From assembly GCF_002310835.1 (NCBI RefSeq), contig NZ_CP011041.1, forward strand, positions 2,940,001 through 2,972,000: 32,000 nt of DNA. Direction: 5' to 3'. The notes beneath the pieces were generated by a model, which was given only the letters and a program-made list of their open reading frames with translations, made no database searches and had not been told where the DNA came from. The position numbers were made by a program, and so were the translations under genes. This DNA comes from Pseudoalteromonas tetraodonis (GTDB lineage: Bacteria > Pseudomonadota > Gammaproteobacteria > Enterobacterales > Alteromonadaceae). Shown piece after piece: positions 10,386-21,179 of this stretch; the first letter of the stretch is position 1; the number at the start of each line of letters is the position of its first letter.

Positions 10386-10760
10386 TTAAAGGCCTGCGCG
10401 GTCTTTAATAATAGGGATTAAAGCTGAACCAGCATGATTTGCCTCAGCCCAAGCGATATCTGCGCCATCTTCAAGTGAGCTTTTTGATAAGTTTTTAACA
10501 ATGTACTCACCCGTATCAACCGCATTACTTGCAACAGCGTGACGCAATAAGTTGTTACCATTACAGAAAACTGCATCATAGATATTACGTACTTTCACAC
10601 GTGAACTTTTTAGTTTGCTACGCAGACGATTTTTATCATCAGCGGCAATGTATTCACAGACTGAAACAGCTAACTGATCATCAGCGCTTACAGGCGCAGT
10701 ATAAGCGAACGAACCCGCTGCAATAGCAGCAATTACAACTAGCTTTGGTAATTTAATCAT
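10386..10760 (-). CDS. Small secreted hypothetical protein (possibly DUF3718-like)
   Basis: It has the signal peptide MIKLPKLVVIAAIAAGSFAYTAPVSA, two conserved-looking Cys residues, 124 aa, and its own terminator. The family assignment is from memory only and is unverified. Confidence 0.6.
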   Translation of the reverse strand: MIKLPKLVVIAAIAAGSFAYTAPVSADDQLAVSVCEYIAADDKNRLRSKLKSSRVKVRNIYDAVFCNGNNLLRHAVASNAVDTGEYIVKNLSKSSLEDGADIAWAEANHAGSALIPIIKDRAGL

Positions 10761-10842
10761 TGATTGGACACCCTATATTAATACTTTTTTCGTACTCGAC
10801 TGTTTAATATTGTACCAACACGCTCAGATTTTCGCAATAATG

Positions 10843-11334
10843 TTAAGAAACTTTATTCAAAGTTACGAACTTATAACTATATTTATTTTTATCATCGGGC
10901 GTCATCAACATTTCATCTGCAATTTGCCAGTTTGCAACACTTTTATAATCAGGAAATTGTGTATCCCCTTCAACATCTAAGTCTATAAAGGTTAAATACA
11001 AGCGCTGCGCCTGCGCTAAAAACTGCTGGTAGATGTTTCCGCCACCAATTATCATCACCTCTGCAACATCATTAACAAGCTCAAGTGCAGCTTCTGGTGT
11101 GGTTACTGTTTCAATGCCTGATGCGTGATAGTCTTTATTACGAGTAATAATAATATTACGTCGCCCAGGTAACGGTCGGCCTATTGATTCAAATGTTTTG
11201 CGCCCCATAATAACGGGTTTACCAGAGGTTACTTTTTTAAAGTGCTGAAGGTCACCAGGTAAATGCCATGGCATTTTATTGTCTAAGCCAATGACACGGT
11301 TATTTGCCATTGCTGCAATCATTGAAATTATCAC
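10843..11334 (-). CDS. folA: Dihydrofolate reductase
   Basis: NRVIGLDNKMPWHLPGDLQHFKKVTSGKPVIMGRKTFESIGRPLPGRRNIIITR is collinear with E. coli DHFR. The start is GTG at 11334, with ATG 11322 as a shorter alternative. Confidence 0.93.
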   Translation of the reverse strand: MIISMIAAMANNRVIGLDNKMPWHLPGDLQHFKKVTSGKPVIMGRKTFESIGRPLPGRRNIIITRNKDYHASGIETVTTPEAALELVNDVAEVMIIGGGNIYQQFLAQAQRLYLTFIDLDVEGDTQFPDYKSVANWQIADEMLMTPDDKNKYSYKFVTLNKVS

Positions 11335-11360
11335 ACTAAATACCCAATACTTTATTATTA

Positions 11361-11392
11361 ATCAAAGAAAAAGGAGCGTTAGCTCCTTTTAA
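11361..11392 (-). terminator. Terminator downstream of obgE
   Basis: On the minus strand, AAAGGAGC-TAAC-GCTCCTTT is followed by TTCTTTG. Confidence 0.7.
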
Positions 11393-11405
11393 ATACAAAC
11401 AATTA

Positions 11406-12563
<1,158 letters not shown>

Positions 12564-12667
12564 TCACTTTAGGGATTGGCTTGTTAATAACTCTATTATA
12601 TACCTAAGTGGCCTATAGAGCACACTGAGCATAAAAACACTTGGGTATATATTTAAACATGCTTAAA

Positions 12668-12698
12668 ACAAAAAACCCCGCAAAGGCGGGGTTTTTTA
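12668..12698 (-). terminator. Terminator or attenuator downstream of rpmA
   Basis: CCCCGC (12676-12681) pairs with GCGGGG (12686-12691). On the minus strand the hairpin is followed by TTTTTTGTTTT. Confidence 0.8.
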
Positions 12699-12711
12699 AC
12701 TACCTTACTGA

Positions 12712-12969
12712 TTACTCAGCTACGATAGTTACGTATTTACGGTTTAAAGGACCTTTTTGTTCAAACTGAACTTTACCATCTGCTTTTGCGAAGATAGTGT
12801 GGTCTTTACCGATACCTACGTTTGCGCCTGGGTGGAAACGAGTTCCACGCTGACGAACAATGATGCTACCCGCTAGAACTGATTCGCCACCAAAACGCTT
12901 AACACCTAGGCGTTTGCTTTCTGAATCGCGACCGTTACGAGTACTACCAGCTGCTTTTTTATGTGCCAT
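12712..12969 (-). CDS. rpmA: 50S ribosomal protein L27
   Basis: [24 protein letters not shown] is the canonical L27 N-terminus. The protein is 85 aa. Confidence 0.97.
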   Translation of the reverse strand: MAHKKAAGSTRNGRDSESKRLGVKRFGGESVLAGSIIVRQRGTRFHPGANVGIGKDHTIFAKADGKVQFEQKGPLNRKYVTIVAE

Positions 12970-12985
12970 TTCTAAGTACCTCTAA

Positions 12986-13297
12986 TTAAGCGCTAATGCC
13001 AGTGATTTTAACTTCTGTGAACCATTGACGATGGCCCATTTGCTTACGAGAATGCTTACGGCGTCTAAATTTAACAACCTTAATCTTCTCACCGCGACCG
13101 TGTGAAACAACCTCAGCTGTTACTTTACCACCGTTTACGAACGGTACACCAATCTCGATCTTCTCACCATCAGCAACTAAAAGTACTGAATCAAATTCAA
13201 CTGCTGCACCAGTTTCAACGTCTAATTTCTCAAGACGAATTGTTTGACCTTCAGTCACACGGTGCTGTTTACCACCACTTTGGAAAACCGCGTACAT
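12986..13297 (-). CDS. rplU: 50S ribosomal protein L21
   Basis: [14 protein letters not shown] is the canonical L21 N-terminus. The start is moved from the ORF-track position 13333 to ATG 13297, giving 103 aa. Confidence 0.95.
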   Translation of the reverse strand: MYAVFQSGGKQHRVTEGQTIRLEKLDVETGAAVEFDSVLLVADGEKIEIGVPFVNGGKVTAEVVSHGRGEKIKVVKFRRRKHSRKQMGHRQWFTEVKITGISA

Positions 13298-13359
13298 AAT
13301 TAACTCCGTCTGTGCGCCCTCAAATCGACGCAACTAAAATATTCTTCAATAGGGCGCGA

Positions 13360-13388
13360 AGTTTACGCTAATGCGTAAAAACTAGCAA
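13360..13388 (-). promoter_or_regulatory. Candidate sigma70 promoter of rplU-rpmA
   Basis: On the minus strand, TTGCTA (13388-13383) is followed by a 17-nt spacer and TAAACT (13365-13360), then a GC-rich discriminator TCGCGCCC. There is A/T-rich sequence upstream. This is a motif match only. Confidence 0.45.
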
Positions 13389-13720
13389 GCCTCTTTTTGT
13401 AATTAAATGAATAAAAAGTAGCTGCATTGAGAGCAATTCAATATTTCCCCTATTTTATATTAAAATCCCCCTTTGCCAAGCGCTTTTTAACGGTTACAGA
13501 AAATAAATTAGCAATAGCAAAGCGAGTCTATGTAGTTCAATTAACCGCCAAGGGTGATTCAAAATTAAACCAGGGTGTTTAATCAATTATTCACAAGGTT
13601 AATAGGTCATTTAACCTACTTAAGGGTGTTTTTTTAAGGAATCATCACAAAATATCGAGCTAATGCATTTTTTGTTGTACAATCTGCGCCGTTCACACAT
13701 TAAAATTGGCTCGGAGATCA

Positions 13721-14692
13721 ATGGATATAAAAGCTATCCAGGCGTTAATCGAAAGCGATATGAATGACGTCAATCAACTAATACATGCGCAAATGCGCTC
13801 AGATGTGGCGTTAGTTAATCAACTTGGTTTGTATATTGTTAACAGCGGTGGCAAACGTGTTCGCCCTATGTTGGCTATTTTGGCGGCTAAAGCGCTAGGT
13901 TACCAAGGCAAAGATCACATTACGCTAGCAACTATCATTGAATTTATTCATACCGCAACGCTTTTACATGATGATGTTGTAGATGAATCTAATTTGCGCC
14001 GTGGCACACCTACAGCAAATGCTGAGTTTGGTAATGCTGCTAGCGTACTGGTGGGTGATTTTATTTACACCCGCTCGTTTCAGCTAATGGTGGGTCTTGG
14101 TAAAATGCAAATAATGCAAGTACTGGCTGATGCAACCAACATTATTGCTGAAGGTGAAGTGCTGCAATTAATGAACTGCAACGACCCTGATACCACTGAA
14201 GCCAGTTATATGCAGGTTATTTATTCTAAAACCGCCAAGCTATTTGAAGCAGCGACGGGTCTTGCGGCCATTATTACTGATCAAGACGATAGTGTACTAG
14301 AAGCACTTAATTTGTATGGCATGCATTTAGGTACTGCTTTTCAGTTAGTGGATGATGTTTTAGATTACAACGCTAATGCCGACCAACTTGGTAAAAACAT
14401 TGGCGACGATTTAGCTGAAGGTAAGCCGACGTTACCTCTTATATATGCAATGCAACACGGTAGTGAGCATCAAACACAGTTAATAAGAGACGCTATTGAG
14501 CACTGTAATGGTATGGAGCACCTTGACGAGATACTGGCTGCGCTCAAACATACCAATGCCCTTGAGTTCACAATGAAAAAAGCCGAGCAAGAAGCTAATA
14601 AAGCAATTGCCTGTTTAGATTGCTTAGCTGAGTCGAGTTACAAGCAAGCACTAATTAGCTTAGCTAGAATAGCGGTTGACCGCGACCACTAA
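13721..14692 (+). CDS. ispB: Octaprenyl-diphosphate synthase
   Basis: It has the two Asp-rich motifs LLHDDVVDE and QLVDDVLDY of trans-polyprenyl synthases. ATG 13721 is preceded by GGAG. It is divergent from rplU as in E. coli. Confidence 0.92.
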   Translation: MDIKAIQALIESDMNDVNQLIHAQMRSDVALVNQLGLYIVNSGGKRVRPMLAILAAKALGYQGKDHITLATIIEFIHTATLLHDDVVDESNLRRGTPTANAEFGNAASVLVGDFIYTRSFQLMVGLGKMQIMQVLADATNIIAEGEVLQLMNCNDPDTTEASYMQVIYSKTAKLFEAATGLAAIITDQDDSVLEALNLYGMHLGTAFQLVDDVLDYNANADQLGKNIGDDLAEGKPTLPLIYAMQHGSEHQTQLIRDAIEHCNGMEHLDEILAALKHTNALEFTMKKAEQEANKAIACLDCLAESSYKQALISLARIAVDRDH

Positions 14693-14721
14693 GTAATACT
14701 GTGTAGATAATTCCGAGCAAT

Positions 14722-14750
14722 AAAAAAGCCTGCAAATGCAGGCTTTTTTT
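14722..14750. terminator. Bidirectional terminator between ispB (+) and mdh (-)
   Basis: AGCCTGCA (14727-14734) pairs with TGCAGGCT (14737-14744). AAAAA lies upstream and TTTTTT downstream. Confidence 0.85.
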
Positions 14751-14768
14751 ATGGGTTAATTTTGGCTA

Positions 14769-15701
14769 TTACGCCATAAAATCAACACCTTCTTTGATAT
14801 CTTTTTTCAGCGTTTCAAGCATGTCATTTTTAGCTTGCTCTTCAAATGCGCTTAGAGTGCCGTAAGAAAGAATTTCTTCTACGCCATTTTTGCCTAAACG
14901 TACCGGGTGTGCAAAGTACTCTGCATCGCCATTTTCAACAGCAACGTATGCATAATCTACAACGTCTTCACCTTGTAAGCCTTTAACTAAAGACATACAA
15001 AAACGTGCTGCAGCAGCACCCATAGATAATGTTGCAGAACCACCGCCCGCTTTAGCATTAACTACTTCAGTACCTGCGTTTTGGATACGAGGAGTTAGTG
15101 TAGCTACTTCTTCATCAGTGAAAGTAACACCTTCAACTTGAGAAAGTAACGGTAGAATGGTTGTGCCTGAGTGGCCACCAATCACTGGTACTTTAACACT
15201 TGCTACGTCTAAGCCTTTAAGTTCAGCAATAAACGCTTCAGAACGGATCACATCTAAAGTTGTAATACCAAATACACGCTTAGCATCGTAAGTACCTGCT
15301 TTTTTGAATACTTCAGCAACAATCGGTACAGTTCCATTAACTGGATTAGTGATAATACCTACAAGCGCTTTAGGACAGTTAGCAACAATGCCTTCTGCTA
15401 ATGTTTTAATGATACCAGCGTTAACATTAAATAAATCAGCACGATCCATACCTGGCTTACGTGGCATACCCGCTGGGATTAAAACAATATCACAACCTGT
15501 TAATGCTTTATCTAGTGCATCTGCACCAAAACCTTCAACTTTTACATCTGTTGGGATATGAGAAAGGTCAACAGCAACACCAGGAACTACTGGCGCAACA
15601 TCATATAGTGATAATTCTGAACCAGCTGGTAAGCCTGTTTTTAATAATAAAGACAACGCTTGACCGATACCACCTGCAGCACCTAATACAGCAACTTTCA
15701 T
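14769..15701 (-). CDS. mdh: Malate dehydrogenase
   Basis: [21 protein letters not shown] is a Rossmann N-terminus. The 310-aa protein is collinear with E. coli Mdh, and the gene is divergent from argR as in E. coli. Confidence 0.96.
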   Translation of the reverse strand: MKVAVLGAAGGIGQALSLLLKTGLPAGSELSLYDVAPVVPGVAVDLSHIPTDVKVEGFGADALDKALTGCDIVLIPAGMPRKPGMDRADLFNVNAGIIKTLAEGIVANCPKALVGIITNPVNGTVPIVAEVFKKAGTYDAKRVFGITTLDVIRSEAFIAELKGLDVASVKVPVIGGHSGTTILPLLSQVEGVTFTDEEVATLTPRIQNAGTEVVNAKAGGGSATLSMGAAAARFCMSLVKGLQGEDVVDYAYVAVENGDAEYFAHPVRLGKNGVEEILSYGTLSAFEEQAKNDMLETLKKDIKEGVDFMA

Positions 15702-15853
15702 TGGAATTCTCCGTGATTTGAGGAAGGAAATATTTGTGGTTTATAAGATAAAGAAATTAGCGACTAAAAACAAATTTATCCTGCCTATTTTAGCTATATT
15801 TTCGACCATAGTTGTAAACTTTGCTGTTTAAACGCAGCAAAACCTAAACAACT

Positions 15854-15883
15854 GCTGCATAAATATGCATTTTTGTGTAGAAT
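15854..15883 (+). promoter_or_regulatory. ARG-box-like palindrome overlapping a candidate argR promoter
   Basis: TGCATAAATATGCA (15856-15869) fits the ARG box TGAAT-W4-ATTCA with the symmetric C/G variant. A 17-nt spacer separates CTGCAT (15855-15860) from TAGAAT (15878-15883). I could not align a convincing second box. Confidence 0.45.
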
Positions 15884-15916
15884 TTGCAGTATCGACAACA
15901 TAACTAATTAGACACT

Positions 15917-16384
15917 ATGCAACCACAAGACAAACAAGAAGCATTGGTAAAAGCCTTTAAAGCACTTTTAAAAGAAGAGAATTTTGGCTCACAAGGCGAA
16001 ATAGTTGACGCATTAAAAGAACAAGGCTTTGATAATATTAGCCAAAGTAAAGTGTCGCGGATGTTAAGTAAGTTTGGCGCGGTACGCACCCGCAATGCAA
16101 AACAAGAAATGGTGTACTGTTTACCTGCCGAAATGGGTGTACCAACCGCTAAAAGCCCGTTACGCCAGTTAGTTATTGACATTATGCATAACGAAATGAT
16201 GATTATTATTCGCACCAGTCCTGGGGCTGCTCAGCTAATTGCCCGTTTACTTGACTCATTAGGTAAAGCAGATGGCGTATTAGGAACAATTGCCGGCGAT
16301 GACACTATTTTTATTGCGCCAGCGAAAGTATCAGAAATAGACCTCACATTAGAGCGTGTGCGTATTTTGTTTGATACGGTTTAA
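15917..16384 (+). CDS. argR: Arginine repressor
   Basis: The protein is 155 aa. It has an N-terminal wHTH ([14 protein letters not shown]) and the C-terminal motif [10 protein letters not shown] for arginine binding and hexamerisation. Confidence 0.94.
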   Translation: MQPQDKQEALVKAFKALLKEENFGSQGEIVDALKEQGFDNISQSKVSRMLSKFGAVRTRNAKQEMVYCLPAEMGVPTAKSPLRQLVIDIMHNEMMIIIRTSPGAAQLIARLLDSLGKADGVLGTIAGDDTIFIAPAKVSEIDLTLERVRILFDTV

Positions 16385-16402
16385 ACTCGTTTGGTTATCA
16401 CT

Positions 16403-16432
16403 GTTACGGCTATACTAATACGTAGCCGTTAC
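16403..16432. terminator. Weak hairpin between convergent argR and yfeX-like genes
   Basis: ACGGCTA (16406-16412) pairs with TAGCCGT (16423-16429), with partial extension. There is no clear T-run on either strand. Confidence 0.3.
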
Positions 16433-16441
16433 TGGCTTGTT

Positions 16442-17341
16442 TTATAGCTGCTTTAGAAATCGCACTGAGGGTGCAAAAAACGCAGAGCCCATATCTGCTT
16501 GAGTAAAATCAAGCCAATGGTCGTAATACTCCCCCTGCCCTAATCGGCTATTGAGTACTTTCTCGAACGCATCCCCTTTAGCCGAGCACGTAATCATTAA
16601 CATCCCCTGCTCATACACGTCGCCATAAGGCATACTTTGATTTAGTAATAATGCTTGCCCCTGTTCATCTTTTAATTCACTTCGGGTTGCATGGCTGCTT
16701 TCAAGTGCGGGGCTTATTAGGGTATTGTCGAGACGAGTACGCCCCATTATTTGTTCTTGTTCTTGCAACGACAAGTGCTGCCATAACGTTAAGTCATGCT
16801 TATAGCGCTGAACATGAATATAGCTGCCTTGATCTTCAAAGCTATCAGGCTTATTAACGAGGGCCGTTACCCGTTTTTGACGACCATGCGGAGTATCGCC
16901 CGCATAAATAAAACCATTAAAATCACGGCCATCTAGAAAACGAAAATTACGAATTTGCTCCACCAGCTCAACATCAGGGTTGAAAAGTTTTAATATTTGC
17001 AATGCAAACAGGTGGTTTACATCTTCTCTGTCTGAGCGGATTTGTACAAATAAATCGCATGGCCTTGCACTCATCACAAAATCGCTATGGGTGATATTAG
17101 GAAAGCTTTGCAGCTCACTTGGCATATAATCGGGCAGAATGTGTGGCCAATATTGCGCGCCAATGGCGACCATACAAGAAAGCATAGATTCAGAGAACTG
17201 ATCACTAAACTCATCTTCAATATCGCTCACTTTTTTAAGCTTAGCGCGAAGTGATTCGTCGTGACCATCAAGTACATTAAAAAATAAGTGCAAACCGTGT
17301 AAGTTTGCTTCAGCACAAATCCCTGATTGCGCTTGCGCCAT
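16442..17341 (-). CDS. yfeX: Cytoplasmic DyP-type peroxidase (YfeX-like)
   Basis: At 299 aa it is the same length as E. coli YfeX as I recall it. MAQAQSGI, GSYIHVQRYKHDL and GSAFFAPSV parallel the remembered YfeX motifs MSQVQSGI, GGSYVFVQRWEHNL and GGYYFAPSL. There is no Tat (RR) or Sec signal. Confidence 0.85.
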   Translation of the reverse strand: MAQAQSGICAEANLHGLHLFFNVLDGHDESLRAKLKKVSDIEDEFSDQFSESMLSCMVAIGAQYWPHILPDYMPSELQSFPNITHSDFVMSARPCDLFVQIRSDREDVNHLFALQILKLFNPDVELVEQIRNFRFLDGRDFNGFIYAGDTPHGRQKRVTALVNKPDSFEDQGSYIHVQRYKHDLTLWQHLSLQEQEQIMGRTRLDNTLISPALESSHATRSELKDEQGQALLLNQSMPYGDVYEQGMLMITCSAKGDAFEKVLNSRLGQGEYYDHWLDFTQADMGSAFFAPSVRFLKQL

Positions 17342-17380
17342 TGTTATTCCTTACTTTTTAGAGCAAAACACAGCGATTAA

Positions 17381-18433
17381 TTACGATTCAAAAAAATTCA
17401 CCGTGTGCGGTTTTATTTTTATTATAACCTGTTCATTAATTTCAAATGACTGGCCATACTGGGCTGCAACTTCTATTTCTTGCTCAGCAATAACCACAGT
17501 GTATACATAAGCAGAGCCAATAAAGCGACTACTTAATATACTAACCCGCTCAGATTGCTGTTGAGTATCGTTATTACTAGCAAGTTCAAGTTGATGCGGA
17601 CGCACATAAATAACGCCCTTATCGGCCACGCCATACTGCTGTGGCTGTATTGATTCAACCACCCCAAACTGCGTTTGATATTCAGTGGCGGTTAATACGG
17701 TTGCGCTTAAGTATATGCCCTGACCCAGAAACTCTGCAACCTCCTTTGAACGTGGTTTAGCAAAAAGCTGTTCTGGCGTACCTTGCTGCGCAATTTTACC
17801 TTGGTGCATAACCGCAAGTGTATCTGAAAAAGCAAACGCCTCTTCTTTTGAGTGAGTAACAAACACAGCCGATACTTGCTGCGCCTTAATAATGCGCCTA
17901 ATGTCGGCAATTAACTCAAATCGTACTTGGGTATCAATATTAGAAAATGGCTCGTCAAGTAACAGTAAGCTAGGTTTATAAGCTAATGCGCGTGCAATCG
18001 CTACTCGTTGTTGTTGCCCACCAGAGAGTTGATGAGGGTACCTATCGGCGCAGCCCACCAAATGTACCAGCTTTAGCATTTCACTAACGCGTGCGTGTTT
18101 ATCTGCTTTGCTCATGCCGCTTAGCCCAAACGCAATATTATTAGCCACCGTTAAATGCGGAAATAACGCATAGTCCTGAAACATCATGCCAATATTACGA
18201 TGCTCTGGTGAAACAAACGTATTAGCATCACTGACTAGCTTACCATCAATAAATACCTGCCCTTGTTTGGCCTCAATTAAACCTGCAATCGCTTTTAATG
18301 TGGTCGTTTTACCGCAGCCACTGGCACCGAGTAAACACACTATTTCGTCTTTACCTAAGGTTAAATCTAAATTATCTATCACCTTAGTCCCGTTATATGC
18401 ATAGCTCACGCCTTGTAAAATCAAACTACTCAT
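17381..18433 (-). CDS. fbpC: ABC transporter ATP-binding protein, ferric-iron importer type
   Basis: It has Walker A GASGCGKTT, signature LSGGQQQR, Walker B LLLLDEPFS and H-loop VTHS. A C-terminal extension of about 110 aa looks TOBE-like. The start codon abuts the permease stop (TAAATG). The symbol is tentative. Confidence 0.85.
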   Translation of the reverse strand: MSSLILQGVSYAYNGTKVIDNLDLTLGKDEIVCLLGASGCGKTTTLKAIAGLIEAKQGQVFIDGKLVSDANTFVSPEHRNIGMMFQDYALFPHLTVANNIAFGLSGMSKADKHARVSEMLKLVHLVGCADRYPHQLSGGQQQRVAIARALAYKPSLLLLDEPFSNIDTQVRFELIADIRRIIKAQQVSAVFVTHSKEEAFAFSDTLAVMHQGKIAQQGTPEQLFAKPRSKEVAEFLGQGIYLSATVLTATEYQTQFGVVESIQPQQYGVADKGVIYVRPHQLELASNNDTQQQSERVSILSSRFIGSAYVYTVVIAEQEIEVAAQYGQSFEINEQVIIKIKPHTVNFFES

Positions 18434-20065
18434 TTAGCTACGTTGCTCCATTGAACGGTTAATAAAATATAACGGAATAAACCCCACCACCACAATAAAC
18501 AAAGCCGATATAGAGGCCAGCTCTAATTGTTCATCGCTTACATACTGAAACACATGAGTTGCTAAGCTTTCAAAATCAAAAGGCCTTAACAACAAAGCTG
18601 CGGGTAGCTCTTTCATACACTCGATAAAGACCAATAAACCGGCGGTTAATAAGCCTCGGCGTAATAAAGGTAAGTGCACTAAGCGTAATGTGCGCCCTTG
18701 GCTTTTTCCCATTGACTGGCTTGCCATATCAAGGGAGGGACTAATGCGTGAAAAGCTCGACTCAATAGCTCCGTGTGCAACGGCGTAAAACCGCACTATA
18801 TAAGCAAAAATAATAGTGAGTAAGCTACCAGTAAGTAATAAACCAATATCTAAATCATAAGGAGCTAAAGTGCGGTTGATAGTATTTTCTAATAGGGTGA
18901 GTGGCAACAATACCGCTATCGCTAATACTGTGCCGGGTAACGCATAGCCCGTACTGGCCAAACGCCCGGGTATTAATGGATTTGTTTGTTTAGCAATGCG
19001 CTGATAAAACACCACTAAAACACTCAGTATAATAGTCACCACACTGACTACAGCCGCCACTTTTAAACTTTGCCATGCATAGCTAAAAAACTCACTATTC
19101 CACGCTTGATCAAAATACATAACCGCGTATTTGAGCAATACAACCATTGGAATAATAAACGAAATAATTAAAATAAAGCTACAAAACCCCGTTGCTAGCC
19201 ACGCAGATTTGCCTTTGAGGATATAAAGCGCCTCGCTGTTCACGCTCGATTGACGCTCAAATACCGCTTGGTTACGACGGCTAAAACGCTCGGTGATCAA
19301 TGCTAAAAACAGCAATAACAACATCACCCCTGAAATTTTTGCTGCTGCAGTTAATGAATAATAGCCAAACCAAGTATCGTATACGGCAGTGGTTAATGTA
19401 CTGACAGCAAAATAGCTTACAGTGGCAAAATCAGCCATGGTTTCCATGCTGATCAAAGCAAGTGCCGCTACAATGGCACCGCGGGATAATACAAGGCTGA
19501 CTTTAAAAAAGCTTTTCCATGCATTTAGCCCCATTAACTGACTGGCTTGGACTAACTTAAAAGATTGTTCTCGCAGTGCAGTTTTAAAAATTAAATATAA
19601 ATACGGGTAGAGTACCAGCGCAATCATAACAATAGCCCCTGGTAAGGTGCGTATATCAAAAAACCAGTAATCACTTGGCGACTGCCAACCAAACCACTCT
19701 CTTAGAGTTATTTGTACCGGCCCCGCATAATCGAGTAAATCGGTGTACACATAAGCAATAATATAAGTAGGCATGGCAAGAGGCAGCATCAATGCCCATT
19801 CAAATTGTTTTTTACCAGGAAAACGGCAATAAGCGGTTAACCAACCCAGCGGCAATGCAATGGCGCAACTAAGCAGCCCTACACCTAAAACAAGTAATAC
19901 GGTATTGCTTATATAGTCCCACAGTACGGTATTCCACAGGTGGGTAAATACCTCTGAGTCGCCTTGTAAAGATTCTAATAGTAGGAAAAACAACGGGGTC
20001 GACAGCAATAACCCCGTCGACCACGCAATAAGCTGCCATTTTGACAGCTGAAATTTATAAGTCAT
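18434..20065 (-). CDS. fbpB: ABC transporter permease with duplicated membrane domain (FbpB-like)
   Basis: The protein is 543 aa, highly hydrophobic, with about 12 helices in two homologous halves. Its ATG overlaps the binding-protein stop (TAATG). The symbol is tentative. Confidence 0.85.
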   Translation of the reverse strand: MTYKFQLSKWQLIAWSTGLLLSTPLFFLLLESLQGDSEVFTHLWNTVLWDYISNTVLLVLGVGLLSCAIALPLGWLTAYCRFPGKKQFEWALMLPLAMPTYIIAYVYTDLLDYAGPVQITLREWFGWQSPSDYWFFDIRTLPGAIVMIALVLYPYLYLIFKTALREQSFKLVQASQLMGLNAWKSFFKVSLVLSRGAIVAALALISMETMADFATVSYFAVSTLTTAVYDTWFGYYSLTAAAKISGVMLLLLFLALITERFSRRNQAVFERQSSVNSEALYILKGKSAWLATGFCSFILIISFIIPMVVLLKYAVMYFDQAWNSEFFSYAWQSLKVAAVVSVVTIILSVLVVFYQRIAKQTNPLIPGRLASTGYALPGTVLAIAVLLPLTLLENTINRTLAPYDLDIGLLLTGSLLTIIFAYIVRFYAVAHGAIESSFSRISPSLDMASQSMGKSQGRTLRLVHLPLLRRGLLTAGLLVFIECMKELPAALLLRPFDFESLATHVFQYVSDEQLELASISALFIVVVGFIPLYFINRSMEQRS

Positions 20066-21069
20066 TAAAGATCGAACTTCACCTCATCAATTAGCTTAAG
20101 GGCTAACGGACGATATTTGCTAATTTCATCAAGCGGTAAGCTGTCTTCCTTAAAGCTTCCCCATGATGCAACCAAACTAGAAAGTTTCACACCTGGCTTA
20201 ACCGGATACTCCATATTGAGCGAGGCATACATATTTTGCGCCTTATTGTCTGTCATATACTCTATGAGTTTCAAGGCATTTTCAGGGTTTTTAGCATACT
20301 TAGTAATAACCGCACCCGATACATTTATATGTGATCCTCGGTCAGTTTGATTTGGAAAGTTAATATGAACGGCTTCAGCCCATGGTTTTTGTGCTTCGTC
20401 TTGCAGCATTTTGCCCAAGTAATAACTATTACCTAAGGCTAAATTACATAAACCTTCTTTAACCGCTTTAACTTGCGCTCGATCGTTACCTTGAGGTTTA
20501 CGCGCTAAATTAGCTTTTACACCCTCAAGCCATGTTTTCGTCTGTGCTTCACCATGATGAGCAATCATAGAAGCCACAAGGCCTAAGTTATATGGGTGTT
20601 TGCCAGAGCGAGTACAAATTTGTCCTTTGTATTGCGGCTCAGCAAGCGCTTCGTAGGTAAGGTTAGGCAATGCGCCTAAACGCTCTTTTGAAGAGTAAAC
20701 ATTACGCACGCGCTTAGTGAGCGCCACCCACTGACCATCGCCATCACGAAATGCCGCCGGGACATTATTATTAACCAGCTCGCTTTCTATGGTTTGCGTA
20801 AGATTTAGCTCTTCTAATTGAATTAAAGCACTAAAGTTTGAGGTTAAAACTAAATCGGCTTTGCTGTGTTTACCTTCACGCTTAACACGTTCTATTAAGC
20901 CTTTTTTAGCAAACACCACATTGGTTTTAATGCCCGTTTGCTGTGTAAAATCGTCTAAAATAGGTTTAATTAAAAAAGGTTGTCGAAATGAGTAAATATT
21001 CACAACATCGGTTGCAACAGCCGGTGCTGAGGCAATTAACCCAACAACAAGCGCGAGTGTTTTTTTCAT
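20065..21069 (-). CDS. fbpA: Periplasmic Fe(3+)-binding protein of ABC importer (FbpA-like)
   Basis: It has the signal peptide MKKTLALVVGLIASAPAVA and is 334 aa. A Tyr-Tyr pair (GNSYYLG) resembles the ferric-ion ligands of the FbpA family. The symbol is tentative. Confidence 0.82.
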   Translation of the reverse strand: MKKTLALVVGLIASAPAVATDVVNIYSFRQPFLIKPILDDFTQQTGIKTNVVFAKKGLIERVKREGKHSKADLVLTSNFSALIQLEELNLTQTIESELVNNNVPAAFRDGDGQWVALTKRVRNVYSSKERLGALPNLTYEALAEPQYKGQICTRSGKHPYNLGLVASMIAHHGEAQTKTWLEGVKANLARKPQGNDRAQVKAVKEGLCNLALGNSYYLGKMLQDEAQKPWAEAVHINFPNQTDRGSHINVSGAVITKYAKNPENALKLIEYMTDNKAQNMYASLNMEYPVKPGVKLSSLVASWGSFKEDSLPLDEISKYRPLALKLIDEVKFDL

Positions 21070-21085
21070 ATTGTCTTACCTAACT

Positions 21086-21104
21086 AATAATTATTATCAT
21101 TAAT
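21086..21104 (-). promoter_or_regulatory. Candidate Fur box upstream of fbpA
   Basis: AATAATTATTATCATTAAT matches 14 of 19 positions of GATAATGATAATCATTATC. It lies 17-35 nt upstream of the fbpA ATG and overlaps a possible -10 (TAATAA on the minus strand). The AT-rich context inflates chance matches. Confidence 0.45.
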
Positions 21105-21179
21105 TTTACCGCGATGAACTAAAAAGTGCACACTTTATATAATCACTTCGTGATAAATACGCCCAAAAAAGAAAACCCT

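Noticed and set aside
15304-16215. These are ORFs antisense to mdh (15304-15561 plus, 15461-15721 plus) and to argR (15904-16215 minus).
   Set aside because: They overlap strongly supported conserved genes on the other strand and have no motifs or RBS. The same reasoning applies to the other short overlapping ORFs in the track: 127-390, 7760-7975, 8632-8898, 9055-9270, 9826-10026, 10529-10726, 11677-11994, 13102-13299, 16651-16857, 17707-17910, 18186-18404, 20117-20350, 25298-25684, 25518-25733, 25914-26099, 26014-26211, 27895-28080, 28093-28290, 29692-29895, 30164-30355 and 30291-30509.
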